58,725 nt of DNA from a virus. Its lineage: Duplodnaviria; Caudoviricetes. Where the stretch lies: IMG/VR virus record IMGVR_UViG_3300048672_000976, positions 1-58,725 of that record; one strand, written 5' to 3'. Under the pieces are notes generated by a model that did no database searches, was not told the origin of the DNA, and saw only the letters and a list, made by a program, of their open reading frames with translations. The translations under genes were made by a program, and so were the position numbers. This document shows positions 48,440-58,334 of the stretch, piece by piece; position 1 is the first letter of the stretch; each line of letters begins with the position of its first letter.

Positions 48440-50320
48440 TTAATCCTCTTCTTCCTTGATTTCTTCGAATTTAATGTCTTTTAAATCCATTACTTTTTCG
48501 CCAAATAATTTACTTATATATTCTAAATTACTTCTTACATATAGCTCTTTAGATACTTTTTCTTCAGCAGGTTCTTTTGCTTTTAAGAAACCATGAGGCG
48601 TAACCATAATCTTACCATCAGCAAATGCAATACCATTAACATGATTTTTCATTACTGATATTTTACTTCTAGTAGCAACACTAATTGTTCTTTTATTTTT
48701 CGTGATAGGTATTTTTGTTGTTCCAGCATTTTTTTGATTACCAAATAGAAATACCAATGTTGAATTTAAATAAATTGCTTCACCACCTTTTGCTTTAATT
48801 TTTGGTTGACCATAAATATTATCAGGTAACTCAACCCATGGTTGATTAACGATTATTAATGTGTTTGTATATGGTTTATCTGAACGACGTGATCCCGAAA
48901 TACGTTGATTAATACCCATACCAATTTTATCTGCCAATACTGATGCATTATGTTGTTTACCGCCTTTACCTTCATATGTCATTTTACATGGCACCGAACC
49001 CACAGAATCCCACAAAAATAAAAGATCATATGGTATTTTTCCCTTTTCCTGATCATCCATCATTTTATTCATGAAATCAGTTATTTGTTCTATATATTCA
49101 AAATCATTTCTAAATATATAAGGGCCACTATATGTAACTTCACCTGTATCTTCATCAACTACTGTTTCAACAGGTATATTCATTATTTTTGCATGTTCAA
49201 AATCAAACTTTTGCTCAGTTATAATAAACACAGGTAACATTCCTTTTTTAATTCCATCGGCGGCAGAACCTAAAAGACACGTAGTGTTATGTGTTACAAT
49301 ATAATCATCAGTAATATATAATGAATCATTATTACTAACCTTTATACATTGTGTTATTTCTTCTCCAATATATTCAATTTTTTCAATATATTTTGAAATA
49401 TCTAAATTAAAATCAATTAATTTTTCTAATTTATGATAATATGTTGGCGATGATAAAATTTCTTTAGGTAATTGTAAAGAAATTGTATAATAATTTATTT
49501 TTTTATTATAATTTACTTCAACAATACCGCCTAAACTTCTAATAATCTCTGTTATATTAGTTGTTAATTGTTTTGATTTAATATTTAATCTATTTTCATC
49601 AAAACTATCACTTTCAATTAATCCAATTAATAATAATAATCTATTTTCAATGCTTGTATAAATATACTCACTAGGTATAAACTTATTATCGTTATTAATA
49701 TCTTTATACCCTATATCATTAATTTTATTTATTATTTCATTACTAAATGAATTAACACCACCCAAATATTGTCCTAATAATAAAGGATCTACCGGTAACA
49801 CATCATTATTCTCAAAATGAATAGGTTTAACAACAGGTATTTGATAATTATTACCTTTTTTTATCTTAACATTATCCAACATTTCTTTTGTTGTTAATGT
49901 CTTATACTCGCCATTAAATAACTGTCTATCTTTATATTCATTAACAAACCATAAATGTTCTTCATCGCAAAAAGTTTCCCCACCATCACTAGTTGTTACT
50001 TTATAAACAGGCCTCATTCCTTGTGGATAAACCCCCACAACTGTTTGTGTTTTACCATTTGAACCCATAATAACATCATCTAGTTTAATATCACCCATTA
50101 ATTTCCATCCATTGGGTGTTAAAATTTTTGATGTTAATGGTTGTGCTTTACCTGTGTCCGAATGGCCCAATAACATATTAATATGTCCAATAGCCGGTCC
50201 TGGTATTCCTGTTGCATCTAAAAATGCATCACCTAAATCTAAAAATCTATCAGGTTTGTAACTTGTTTTACTCGAATATTCAGAAATTATTGATGCGAAA
50301 TCTTGTTTTTTTATTGCCAT
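48440..50320 (-). CDS. recA: RecA/UvsX-like recombinase with intein
   Basis: GHSDTGK|TT Walker A, ITEQK, LWDSVGS, IVNQPW, KGGEAI. Confidence 0.88.
   Translation of the reverse strand: MAIKKQDFASIISEYSSKTSYKPDRFLDLGDAFLDATGIPGPAIGHINMLLGHSDTGKAQPLTSKILTPNGWKLMGDIKLDDVIMGSNGKTQTVVGVYPQGMRPVYKVTTSDGGETFCDEEHLWFVNEYKDRQLFNGEYKTLTTKEMLDNVKIKKGNNYQIPVVKPIHFENNDVLPVDPLLLGQYLGGVNSFSNEIINKINDIGYKDINNDNKFIPSEYIYTSIENRLLLLIGLIESDSFDENRLNIKSKQLTTNITEIIRSLGGIVEVNYNKKINYYTISLQLPKEILSSPTYYHKLEKLIDFNLDISKYIEKIEYIGEEITQCIKVSNNDSLYITDDYIVTHNTTCLLGSAADGIKKGMLPVFIITEQKFDFEHAKIMNIPVETVVDEDTGEVTYSGPYIFRNDFEYIEQITDFMNKMMDDQEKGKIPYDLLFLWDSVGSVPCKMTYEGKGGKQHNASVLADKIGMGINQRISGSRRSDKPYTNTLIIVNQPWVELPDNIYGQPKIKAKGGEAIYLNSTLVFLFGNQKNAGTTKIPITKNKRTISVATRSKISVMKNHVNGIAFADGKIMVTPHGFLKAKEPAEEKVSKELYVRSNLEYISKLFGEKVMDLKDIKFEEIKEEED
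49286..50146 (-). mobile_element. Class 3-type intein (287 aa, Ala1) in RecA Walker A, endonuclease degenerate
   Basis: AQPLTSKILTPNGW...CDEEHLW...TQCIKV...IVTHN|T. Confidence 0.9.
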
Positions 50321-50336
50321 TTTAAAAATTTTGTTT

Positions 50337-50365
50337 ATAATACGTGGCGGTTAACCACGTATTAT
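50337..50365. promoter_or_regulatory. Perfect 11-bp inverted repeat between ssb and recA
   Basis: ATAATACGTGG-cggttaa-CCACGTATTAT; no U-tract on the coding strand. Confidence 0.6.
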
Positions 50366-50386
50366 TTGTTTAAATGTTAAATCATC

Positions 50387-51244
50387 TTAGAACGGTAAAT
50401 CATCATCCACATTTTCATTTTCTTGTGGATCTTCCACCATTGTTGAAACTGTTTGAGATGCATCACTTGTTGTTGTACTTGAAAGTTCTTCTTCAGATGT
50501 TGAATTTGAAACCCATTTACCATCTTCCCAACGTGGAACTTCGCCTTTAGCTACCATTTCCAAATAATCTTCACTTTTTTTACCGTAAACATCAGACCAT
50601 GTTAATGTATCCTCAATCCAACTATCCGCAAGTGCTTTATCGGTATGTAATGGGCCGATGTCATCAGGAATAATTGAATTAATCGTAGTGTATTCTTTAC
50701 CATTACCTGCTTTAGCTAGGCTAAGTGAAAGAATTAAATCACGACCTTGTTCCGGATCAGTAATGTTCTTTTTGTTACGGAAAATCGGAAAAATTTTATC
50801 AAAAATCCCATCACCTTTTGCATTATGCTTAAATCTCCAAAATTTTGGACCATCAGCTTCATTATCTCTGTCGATAACTTTTACAATGTAAAATCTTCGT
50901 GAACGATATTGACGAGCAAGTTCTTTATCCGCCTCAACACCTGTCATCATCAACCCTTCATAAACTTCATTTAATGGTGATCTTTTACCTTCTTGTTTTG
51001 GGTCATATAATTTAACCCATTTACCATCAACTTGAATTTCATGAAAGAAGACCTCAACAAATGGTGATTTACCATCTTCTGCCGGTAAAATACGTATGCG
51101 TTTTTCTTCACCCATTGAACCTTTCGGTAAAACAGTTGTGAAATACTTCTTCATACGATCTTCCATTGATACTTTATTAGTGTTACCGCCTGCGGTTTGT
51201 TTGTTTTTTTCGTACTGAGCCAGTACTGCTTCAAATGTTGTCAT
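50387..51244 (-). CDS. Single-stranded DNA-binding protein (T4 gp32-like)
   Basis: IRILP, FVEVFFH, YIVKVIDRD, GPKFWRF, ITDPEQGRDL, and acidic tail ending DDDLPF. Confidence 0.88.
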   Translation of the reverse strand: MTTFEAVLAQYEKNKQTAGGNTNKVSMEDRMKKYFTTVLPKGSMGEEKRIRILPAEDGKSPFVEVFFHEIQVDGKWVKLYDPKQEGKRSPLNEVYEGLMMTGVEADKELARQYRSRRFYIVKVIDRDNEADGPKFWRFKHNAKGDGIFDKIFPIFRNKKNITDPEQGRDLILSLSLAKAGNGKEYTTINSIIPDDIGPLHTDKALADSWIEDTLTWSDVYGKKSEDYLEMVAKGEVPRWEDGKWVSNSTSEEELSSTTTSDASQTVSTMVEDPQENENVDDDLPF

Positions 51245-51309
51245 TTAGTTAATTTGTATAGTTAATTTGTAATAGTTAGATGTGGCTACGTTCTTTCCTA
51301 ACCACAATC
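51245..51309 (-). promoter_or_regulatory. Candidate ssb leader: hairpin plus A-rich direct repeats
   Basis: TGTGGTTA/TAGCCACA stem, then ACAAATTAACTA twice just before the ATG. Confidence 0.5.
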
Positions 51310-51320
51310 AAAATATAAAT

Positions 51321-51349
51321 AAAAAAAACCGAATTAAGAAATTCGGTTT
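51321..51349 (-). terminator. Intrinsic terminator
   Basis: AAACCGAATT-4 nt-AATTCGGTTT inverted repeat ending in T8 on the minus strand, downstream of 51377..52057. Confidence 0.75.
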
Positions 51350-51376
51350 GATTATTTTAACTTTATTTTATCTTGT

Positions 51377-52057
51377 TTAATAACTATATTCGTTCTCTTC
51401 TTCTTGGTCAGGATTAAATGTGTCTCGTAGTGTGTTTGCTGTATAATCGTTTACATCGTCTTTGGTTAAAACATATTCATTTTTACCACTTGCTCTCATT
51501 TCTTCTTGTTTTTTTGTAAAAAATTCGTTAGGTTTTTGATTAAAAGGGTATGAATCTAATGATCTCATTTCTAATTTTTCTTCAGGTGTTTCGGGTTTCA
51601 TTTTCTCAACTTGTGAGCCTAATTGTTCTATTTTGGCAATAACCATATCCATTTTTTCAAGTTGTTGTGATAAACTATCTAATTTACTAAATACATTGTC
51701 CATTTTTGCAATTGCATTATTATTGTCATGTTTACTATCATCTACATCTTTTTTTATACTTCTAGTCATATTAACCAAATCGGTTATATCAATTTCTTCT
51801 GTATCTTCAGTATCCGTCATTGTTGGGTCTAATGGTGCATCTGTTGGCATTGCACCATCTGTTGGTGGTATTGTAGTATCTGTACCGCCCATTTCGGTAC
51901 CCAATGATGTGTCAGCCGGTGGTGCTTCTGCATTGTTAGCTGGTGCAGGTGTTGGCTCTTCTGGTGTTGGAATTTCTTGTTCCAAAATCATTTTTTTACC
52001 ATATCTTTCAATAGATTTAAAACGATTAACTTCTTCTTGTATTGTTTTCTTATTCAT
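51377..52057 (-). CDS. Acidic coiled-coil protein, possible head internal/scaffold-type protein
   Basis: EEVNRFK...ILEQ N-terminus, Pro/acidic linker, coiled coil, EKLEMRSLDSYPFN. Confidence 0.45.
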   Translation of the reverse strand: MNKKTIQEEVNRFKSIERYGKKMILEQEIPTPEEPTPAPANNAEAPPADTSLGTEMGGTDTTIPPTDGAMPTDAPLDPTMTDTEDTEEIDITDLVNMTRSIKKDVDDSKHDNNNAIAKMDNVFSKLDSLSQQLEKMDMVIAKIEQLGSQVEKMKPETPEEKLEMRSLDSYPFNQKPNEFFTKKQEEMRASGKNEYVLTKDDVNDYTANTLRDTFNPDQEEENEYSY

Positions 52058-52060
52058 ATC

Positions 52061-52258
52061 TTAATCTTGTAATAATTGTCGGCCATCATCGGTTACGAAT
52101 TTTTTATTTATTCTTTCAACAAGTCCATCTTTTGATTTAATAGTATAACATTCACCTGTCATTAAATCACATATTTCATTTTCTGTTGAATTACTATTTC
52201 TAACAATTTTAGGATTTAAGAATTGGTCCATTGTTTTATTTAATTTTGAACTATCCAT
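52061..52258 (-). CDS. Small hypothetical protein (CDLxTGEC motif)
   Basis: ICDLMTGECY; preceded by TATTTAT. Confidence 0.6.
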   Translation of the reverse strand: MDSSKLNKTMDQFLNPKIVRNSNSTENEICDLMTGECYTIKSKDGLVERINKKFVTDDGRQLLQD

Positions 52259-52300
52259 AATGTTTTTTATTAATAAATATCTATTATTTTATTATAATTT

Positions 52301-55300
52301 TTATTTTATTTGAAAATATATTAATTTACCTTCATCAATATTTAATTTTTTAGCTAATGAACGTGATATACTTAGACCAACGCCATTAATATTTGGCCCA
52401 ATAGCTACTGGTCCTTTTATATTATCAGGCGTTACTGTCACTATATTGTTATTATTTGTTAAAAATGGTGTTATAGTTATTTTTTTAGTTAAGTTTTTAG
52501 GATTATAAAAAGTTATTGTTGAACTCAGTATTTTATCACCCATTGTTTTAAATTCATTACTTGGTGATATCGTAGTATCAAATCTTAATGAATAGAAATC
52601 ATTTTTATTATTTTTAGATTTAATATCATTCCATGTTAATACGTTTGGTGTTTCATTTCTTCCATTATCAATTTCAATTAATTTTGATTTATTAAAAATA
52701 TCCATAATATCTGTATCATTCATTTTTGTCAAATTATCCATAATAGTAACTGTTGCTCTATAATATTCAACGCCATTATATTCAACCAATTGAATGTATT
52801 TTTCACCCCTAAATCCATTGTAACAGATACCATATTCATTTATACCTGCTTTACTTAATATTGTTTCACCTATTATTGCATTTTTTGGGTCACCTTTATC
52901 AATTGTGTATGTTCCATTACTTGTTAATATATCAATTTCATTCGTTGATACTAAACTTAAATTGATTTCATTTTGTCTTGCAATTGCTTTATTTGTTATT
53001 TTTTCAAATAAGACACGATAACTTGACATAAATGATTCTTTTGGGTCTGGTAACTGATTATTCGATACCCTAACACCTTTAAACGTTGTATTAATGGTAT
53101 TAGTACTCATCGTATGTGTTACTTCAGTTATCCAATAAGAACCATTAAATAATGGTATATTATTTAAATAAAAATACATTGTTGGTTGTATCATAACGTT
53201 ACCTAAACAACTTATTTCACAAGTATATGAAGATGCACGATAAATATCAAATAAACCAATATCAACTTGGTATGTTGCTGAACCTGTTTCTGAACGGCCC
53301 ATATTTTCTTGTGCAATATACGATTCAGTTGTGTTTTTTATTGATGTTTGATCAATTTTGATTGATTTAAATATACTTTGATTTTGGTCGCCGATATTAA
53401 CTTCAAACCCAACTACTTTATTTGATTTACTTAAATCATTTTCAGATATAACTTCAGGTAATGTTATAATCAATGAATTATTATTAATATCTCCGAATTT
53501 AAAGCTGTCATTATTAAATAAAAAACTTTCTTTATTTACATCTTTACCATTTAGAATTTTAGATGTTGGTCCTGTATATTGTAATACTATTTTTGGTGCC
53601 GAATCTTGGTAATCAACTTCTAAAAATGTACCGAATAGATTATTGGCTATATTTTTAGAAGACATTTTTTTACTTTTATTTGTGAAATTAGTACCATTAA
53701 AATTAATATATGATGGTAATGCTCTCATATCAAATCCTGTACCTTGAATTAATAAAGAGATGGCACCATAAAGATTTTGTTTTATGTTTTTTTCATTACC
53801 CAACTCTAAAATTCTATCCATGGTTAAATAAGCTAAATTACCAATATTTTTATTAGCTTTATCTAAAAATAAAAACTCCTCAATTAATGGTCGTTGACCT
53901 ATTGAATTACCTGATGCCCATCTATCATTAAATAATTTAAAATAATTATATAATTCCAATTTGATTAAACCTTCATTAAAACCTGATTCATTGGATAATT
54001 TAACATCTTTCATTTTACTATTTAAATTACCAAACATAGGTGTTAATAATGTTAGGAACAAATCGTGCCTATTTTTAAGACCAATAATTTCATTAGTGTT
54101 AGATATTACATTATCCACTAAATATTTCTTAAATGACGTGCTATTTTGTGCCTCACCGTTCTTAATGTAACCAGCATAAATTTGAATAATTGGTCTAAAC
54201 AATAAAATATTTTCCTCATTAATTCTTATATTATTAACCCGAAAGAAATCAACATATTTATTATATATTTCACCTTCATTATCATCACCAAGATATAATT
54301 TAATGAAATTTTTATTACTGTTTAATTCATCTGAGTTATATATATCAATAGATAAGGTACTTTCATTATTTATATTCACAAACCCACCTAAAATATAATT
54401 ATCTATTTCTTTTGGGTTTCCTAAAGTTATTTTTAATAGGTTATATTCACTTATAATATCTTGTGTTATATTTTTTAAATTTTCTTTTTGTCTTTTCTTT
54501 AATGTTAAAATTAAATTACTAATTTCTGTTGGATCATCACTTTTCTTTGTTACTGTTGTTATTGCTTTTAGTAATGTTTGGAAATTTGTGTATTTAATAT
54601 TTTTAAAATTATCAAACCCTGTTGCATCATTTATTTTTTCAGATGCAAATTCAATAAAATAATTTTCAAATTTATCTAAAATATTAGGTCCTAATGTTCC
54701 AATTAAATCAATAACTAATTTATAATCATTACCGATTTCAAAATCATGATTTATTGATGAAAAATATTCATTATAACTATTAATTGTAAGGCCACTATAC
54801 GTTACTTCATTATTATTATTCGACCATATTATTCTAAAATTATTTTGTTCATTGGTATCAAAATCATTATTGTTTAGATATTTCATTTCATTATCACCAT
54901 CTGAAGGTAAAAATGTAAAAAAATCATTATTTGATTTATATTTTGAATTATCAACAAATGAGGTCCATGTTTTACTATTTGTGTTATCCAAATATCTAAA
55001 ACGATTATTAATATGTTTATCTATTGATAATGGATTAAAGTCAACTGAACCAAGTGTCGTATCATAAGTACCATATCCGTTAACAATTTGATGAAACAAA
55101 GATTCATAAATTGGATGAAAACCGATATCTTTTTTGTTGCTATAATTAACAGTAATACCACCATTTTGATAATCATTTGGCGTATATGTGTCGTTTATAT
55201 TTTTATCAAAAAAATAACCACCAGATATTGGTGTTGAAATATTATTTGTTGTGAAACCACTTAATATATCATATCCATCATTTAAAAAAACTTTATAACG

Positions 55301-58021
55301 ATGATAAATTGCCCCCCATTTTAAAATTAAATGATATGGTATATAATGTGATGAACCGATTTCTTTTAATAATGTTGATAACCTAATAAAATCTGTATTA
55401 TTAAAACTGATTTTATCATGTAAATCTAAAAACGGTAATGAATTTAATAATAGATATGCCGAACCAACATATTTTCCGTATGATGATTTTTTATTAAATT
55501 CAGAGTTTAATTGTTTATGAAAATATGGCGTATTTAAAATTGAATCCGTGCCATTACCTATTTTTAATGTTTGTGAAAATAAGTCATCAACATATAATGA
55601 TTTAACCCATGATTTTGAATTAATTTTACTAGAAACCAAACCTTCAGATGTTTTAATTTCAAAATTATTATTGAAACTATCTTTAAAGTTAAAATCAACA
55701 TATGTTTTATAAATGTCGGAACTAAATGGATAAATATGATTTCTATATGGTTCAACTTTATAATTATTAATAAAACTCTTTAAATTATTAAACTTATTAT
55801 CTTTTTCAGTATTTTTTTCACTACCAAAATATTCCTCAATTTTAAAAGGTTTATTAATTAAATCAATAATATATTCTGTTGTTGGTAATTCATCTTTCAA
55901 GTATGGGTATTTTTCATATGGTGAATATGAAAATAAGGCATCTTTGAACTTATCTAATGAATTTAATTTTTTTAGAATATCAACAATATAAATATCATCT
56001 TCAATTATTGTTTGGATATTGGTAAATTCATTATTCACCATTTCACGAATTGTTTCTACATTAAATGAATCATAAGATGTAAGATACTTTGTTCGTTCCC
56101 AAATTTCATATAATGTTGTCACCAACGAATGTGAGCTATATGGTTTTAATGTTGCTATTTGAAATAAACTTGAATTTTTTATTATATCATTATTGGTCTT
56201 ATCTTTTGGTATAACATATTCAGTATTTTCTACCCCACCTTCTTTATCTGCTAACGTATCTAACCTTTTTGTTGCTATTGCGTGATAGTTTTCAACAAAA
56301 TCAACCTCCGGCCATAATATTGGGTCATTTGCACCCAATGTTTCCCTTATATCAGGATCACCAGGATATGTCAAAACTCGTTGCTTAGTGGAAGTTTCTT
56401 TTTTAATCTCAGGCCATGGGAATATAGCTTCACCAACAGAATCACTTGATAGTTTACCTATTTTTTTAGCACGTTCATTTGATGATTCAAACGATTTGGT
56501 ATGTACTTCTTTTAATAACCTAATATAAACATCAGCATTAGCCATTAGTACACCAAATATATTTTGAATTGTTGGTTCAAAACCTAACCCCTTCTCTTTA
56601 TCTTTTACTATTTTATTCATCTGTTCTTCAACAGAATCTTGTAATATTTTTTTCTGAGTGTTAAAAGATGATTTTATTTTACTAATATCTGAGATTAATT
56701 TATCAAAACATAAACCATAAATTCCATTATTATTTTCAATATATGAATCAATATTTGAAATTTCATTTTGAAACGTTAATTCTATTTTTTTAAAATCGGC
56801 GGATGTTTGATTTTTTAGTTTTTCGGTAAATATTTGTGTTTTTTTTAATCTATCAATATTATTTATAATGAGATTTTTTAAAGTGTTGTCATTTATATTA
56901 TCACTTTTTACTTTTTTTAAATAATCATTATTTGTTTTTAATAAAATTCTATAATTTAAATTGTTTTTAACAAATTGTTCATTTGTTAAATTTTTAATTG
57001 CCCAATTATTAACCTGTTCATCGAACTCTTCAACATATTTTTGAAATTCTTTGATACCTGAAAAAATTCTCATATCAACCTTTTGGTCAAATATTTCTCG
57101 TTCAAGTATTTTATCGATAGATGCCGCAATTGTGATAACCTCTCTCAATGTTCTTACAGGAAAATCTTTAGGTAGGTATCCCTTTTCCTTATATTCATCA
57201 TATATTGATTGTAACATCACAAAACCACGTGAAGTTTTATTTATTATTTTCTCATATTTACCTGTTTGTTGATTAAAATTCCCCTTCCCTTCTTTTTCCG
57301 ATAGAAACATAAATGGTGCATTTAATATACCCATTAATGGTATATCATTTAAAAACGCATATGTTGAACCCACAAATGATGTGGTTATCTCAAAATTACC
57401 ATTACTATCATTAAAACTAGATGAGAATTTTGTTAGATGTAATCTATATCTAATTGCTTTTCCATAATAACCTTTAATTGTTAAGTAAAATATTGGCCAT
57501 GGTAAATGAAAAAAACATTTATATGGTGAGTTTTGTGGTGATTCAAATAATGTTTTTGCTCTAATATCAATAAAATTTATTGTTATTTGTGGGATAAAAC
57601 TACCACCTTTAATATTAATATTAATACTACTAATACCAAATGATTGTGCTGTTAAATCAGATTTAACATCAAAAAAACCAACTGGTATTTTATTACCATA
57701 ACCATCAGTAACATATTCAACATCAATACTATCATTATATGCGTTTGTCCATGTGGTATCAAAATCACCAGTTGTTGATTTCATCAAATTAAATGTGCCT
57801 TTTGATATTGATGTTAATGACTTTTTATTATCTTTATCAATTAAAACAGTTCTTGGGATTAAATCAGCTTCTAAATTAACAAACATAACCATTTCTTCAT
57901 GCTTTATGTTTCTTCCTTGTACTTTACCGTCAACAATAACACTATTTGGATCAATATAAATTAAATTATTATGATCTGTTTTTATTAAAATATTCTCACT
58001 ATCATTATTTGTTACTGCCAT
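52301..58021 (-). CDS. Large baseplate hub/tail-associated protein (1906 aa)
   Basis: YTCEISCLGNVMIQPTMYFYLNNIPLFNGSYWITEVTH resembles the gp27/gpD-type hub end; adjacent to the LysM wedge gene. Confidence 0.6.
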   Translation of the reverse strand: MAVTNNDSENILIKTDHNNLIYIDPNSVIVDGKVQGRNIKHEEMVMFVNLEADLIPRTVLIDKDNKKSLTSISKGTFNLMKSTTGDFDTTWTNAYNDSIDVEYVTDGYGNKIPVGFFDVKSDLTAQSFGISSININIKGGSFIPQITINFIDIRAKTLFESPQNSPYKCFFHLPWPIFYLTIKGYYGKAIRYRLHLTKFSSSFNDSNGNFEITTSFVGSTYAFLNDIPLMGILNAPFMFLSEKEGKGNFNQQTGKYEKIINKTSRGFVMLQSIYDEYKEKGYLPKDFPVRTLREVITIAASIDKILEREIFDQKVDMRIFSGIKEFQKYVEEFDEQVNNWAIKNLTNEQFVKNNLNYRILLKTNNDYLKKVKSDNINDNTLKNLIINNIDRLKKTQIFTEKLKNQTSADFKKIELTFQNEISNIDSYIENNNGIYGLCFDKLISDISKIKSSFNTQKKILQDSVEEQMNKIVKDKEKGLGFEPTIQNIFGVLMANADVYIRLLKEVHTKSFESSNERAKKIGKLSSDSVGEAIFPWPEIKKETSTKQRVLTYPGDPDIRETLGANDPILWPEVDFVENYHAIATKRLDTLADKEGGVENTEYVIPKDKTNNDIIKNSSLFQIATLKPYSSHSLVTTLYEIWERTKYLTSYDSFNVETIREMVNNEFTNIQTIIEDDIYIVDILKKLNSLDKFKDALFSYSPYEKYPYLKDELPTTEYIIDLINKPFKIEEYFGSEKNTEKDNKFNNLKSFINNYKVEPYRNHIYPFSSDIYKTYVDFNFKDSFNNNFEIKTSEGLVSSKINSKSWVKSLYVDDLFSQTLKIGNGTDSILNTPYFHKQLNSEFNKKSSYGKYVGSAYLLLNSLPFLDLHDKISFNNTDFIRLSTLLKEIGSSHYIPYHLILKWGAIYHRYKVFLNDGYDILSGFTTNNISTPISGGYFFDKNINDTYTPNDYQNGGITVNYSNKKDIGFHPIYESLFHQIVNGYGTYDTTLGSVDFNPLSIDKHINNRFRYLDNTNSKTWTSFVDNSKYKSNNDFFTFLPSDGDNEMKYLNNNDFDTNEQNNFRIIWSNNNNEVTYSGLTINSYNEYFSSINHDFEIGNDYKLVIDLIGTLGPNILDKFENYFIEFASEKINDATGFDNFKNIKYTNFQTLLKAITTVTKKSDDPTEISNLILTLKKRQKENLKNITQDIISEYNLLKITLGNPKEIDNYILGGFVNINNESTLSIDIYNSDELNSNKNFIKLYLGDDNEGEIYNKYVDFFRVNNIRINEENILLFRPIIQIYAGYIKNGEAQNSTSFKKYLVDNVISNTNEIIGLKNRHDLFLTLLTPMFGNLNSKMKDVKLSNESGFNEGLIKLELYNYFKLFNDRWASGNSIGQRPLIEEFLFLDKANKNIGNLAYLTMDRILELGNEKNIKQNLYGAISLLIQGTGFDMRALPSYINFNGTNFTNKSKKMSSKNIANNLFGTFLEVDYQDSAPKIVLQYTGPTSKILNGKDVNKESFLFNNDSFKFGDINNNSLIITLPEVISENDLSKSNKVVGFEVNIGDQNQSIFKSIKIDQTSIKNTTESYIAQENMGRSETGSATYQVDIGLFDIYRASSYTCEISCLGNVMIQPTMYFYLNNIPLFNGSYWITEVTHTMSTNTINTTFKGVRVSNNQLPDPKESFMSSYRVLFEKITNKAIARQNEINLSLVSTNEIDILTSNGTYTIDKGDPKNAIIGETILSKAGINEYGICYNGFRGEKYIQLVEYNGVEYYRATVTIMDNLTKMNDTDIMDIFNKSKLIEIDNGRNETPNVLTWNDIKSKNNKNDFYSLRFDTTISPSNEFKTMGDKILSSTITFYNPKNLTKKITITPFLTNNNNIVTVTPDNIKGPVAIGPNINGVGLSISRSLAKKLNIDEGKLIYFQIK

Positions 58022-58334
58022 AATATAATTTATATAAATCTATTCCTTGTTTATAATCTTGTAATGTTACTTTTAATGGGAAAGGAATTCTAATATATGA
58101 GTTATCGGGTATTTCAAATTCAACACTACATATATTTTGATTGGCTTGTAAAATTAACCAACCAAATAATGGTGTTCCATAATATTCATTTGATATTTTA
58201 TCTAATCTATCTTTTCCTTTTTTATATTGAAAATATTTATCCGAACCCTTAATTGGTATTTCAATACCCGGTACCATCATAAAATCGCCATCTAATTCAA
58301 ATTCTGTATATCTATCGTAATATTCTCTTCTCAT
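58005..58334 (-). CDS. LysM/gp53/tail-X-like baseplate protein
   Basis: DRLDKISNEYYGTPLFGWLILQAN...IRIP. Confidence 0.8.
   Translation of the reverse strand: MRREYYDRYTEFELDGDFMMVPGIEIPIKGSDKYFQYKKGKDRLDKISNEYYGTPLFGWLILQANQNICSVEFEIPDNSYIRIPFPLKVTLQDYKQGIDLYKLYYGSNK

Noticed and set aside
3099-57959. Numerous short plus-strand and nested minus-strand ORFs in the track
   Set aside because: They lie within well-supported genes and have no motifs; treated as spurious.
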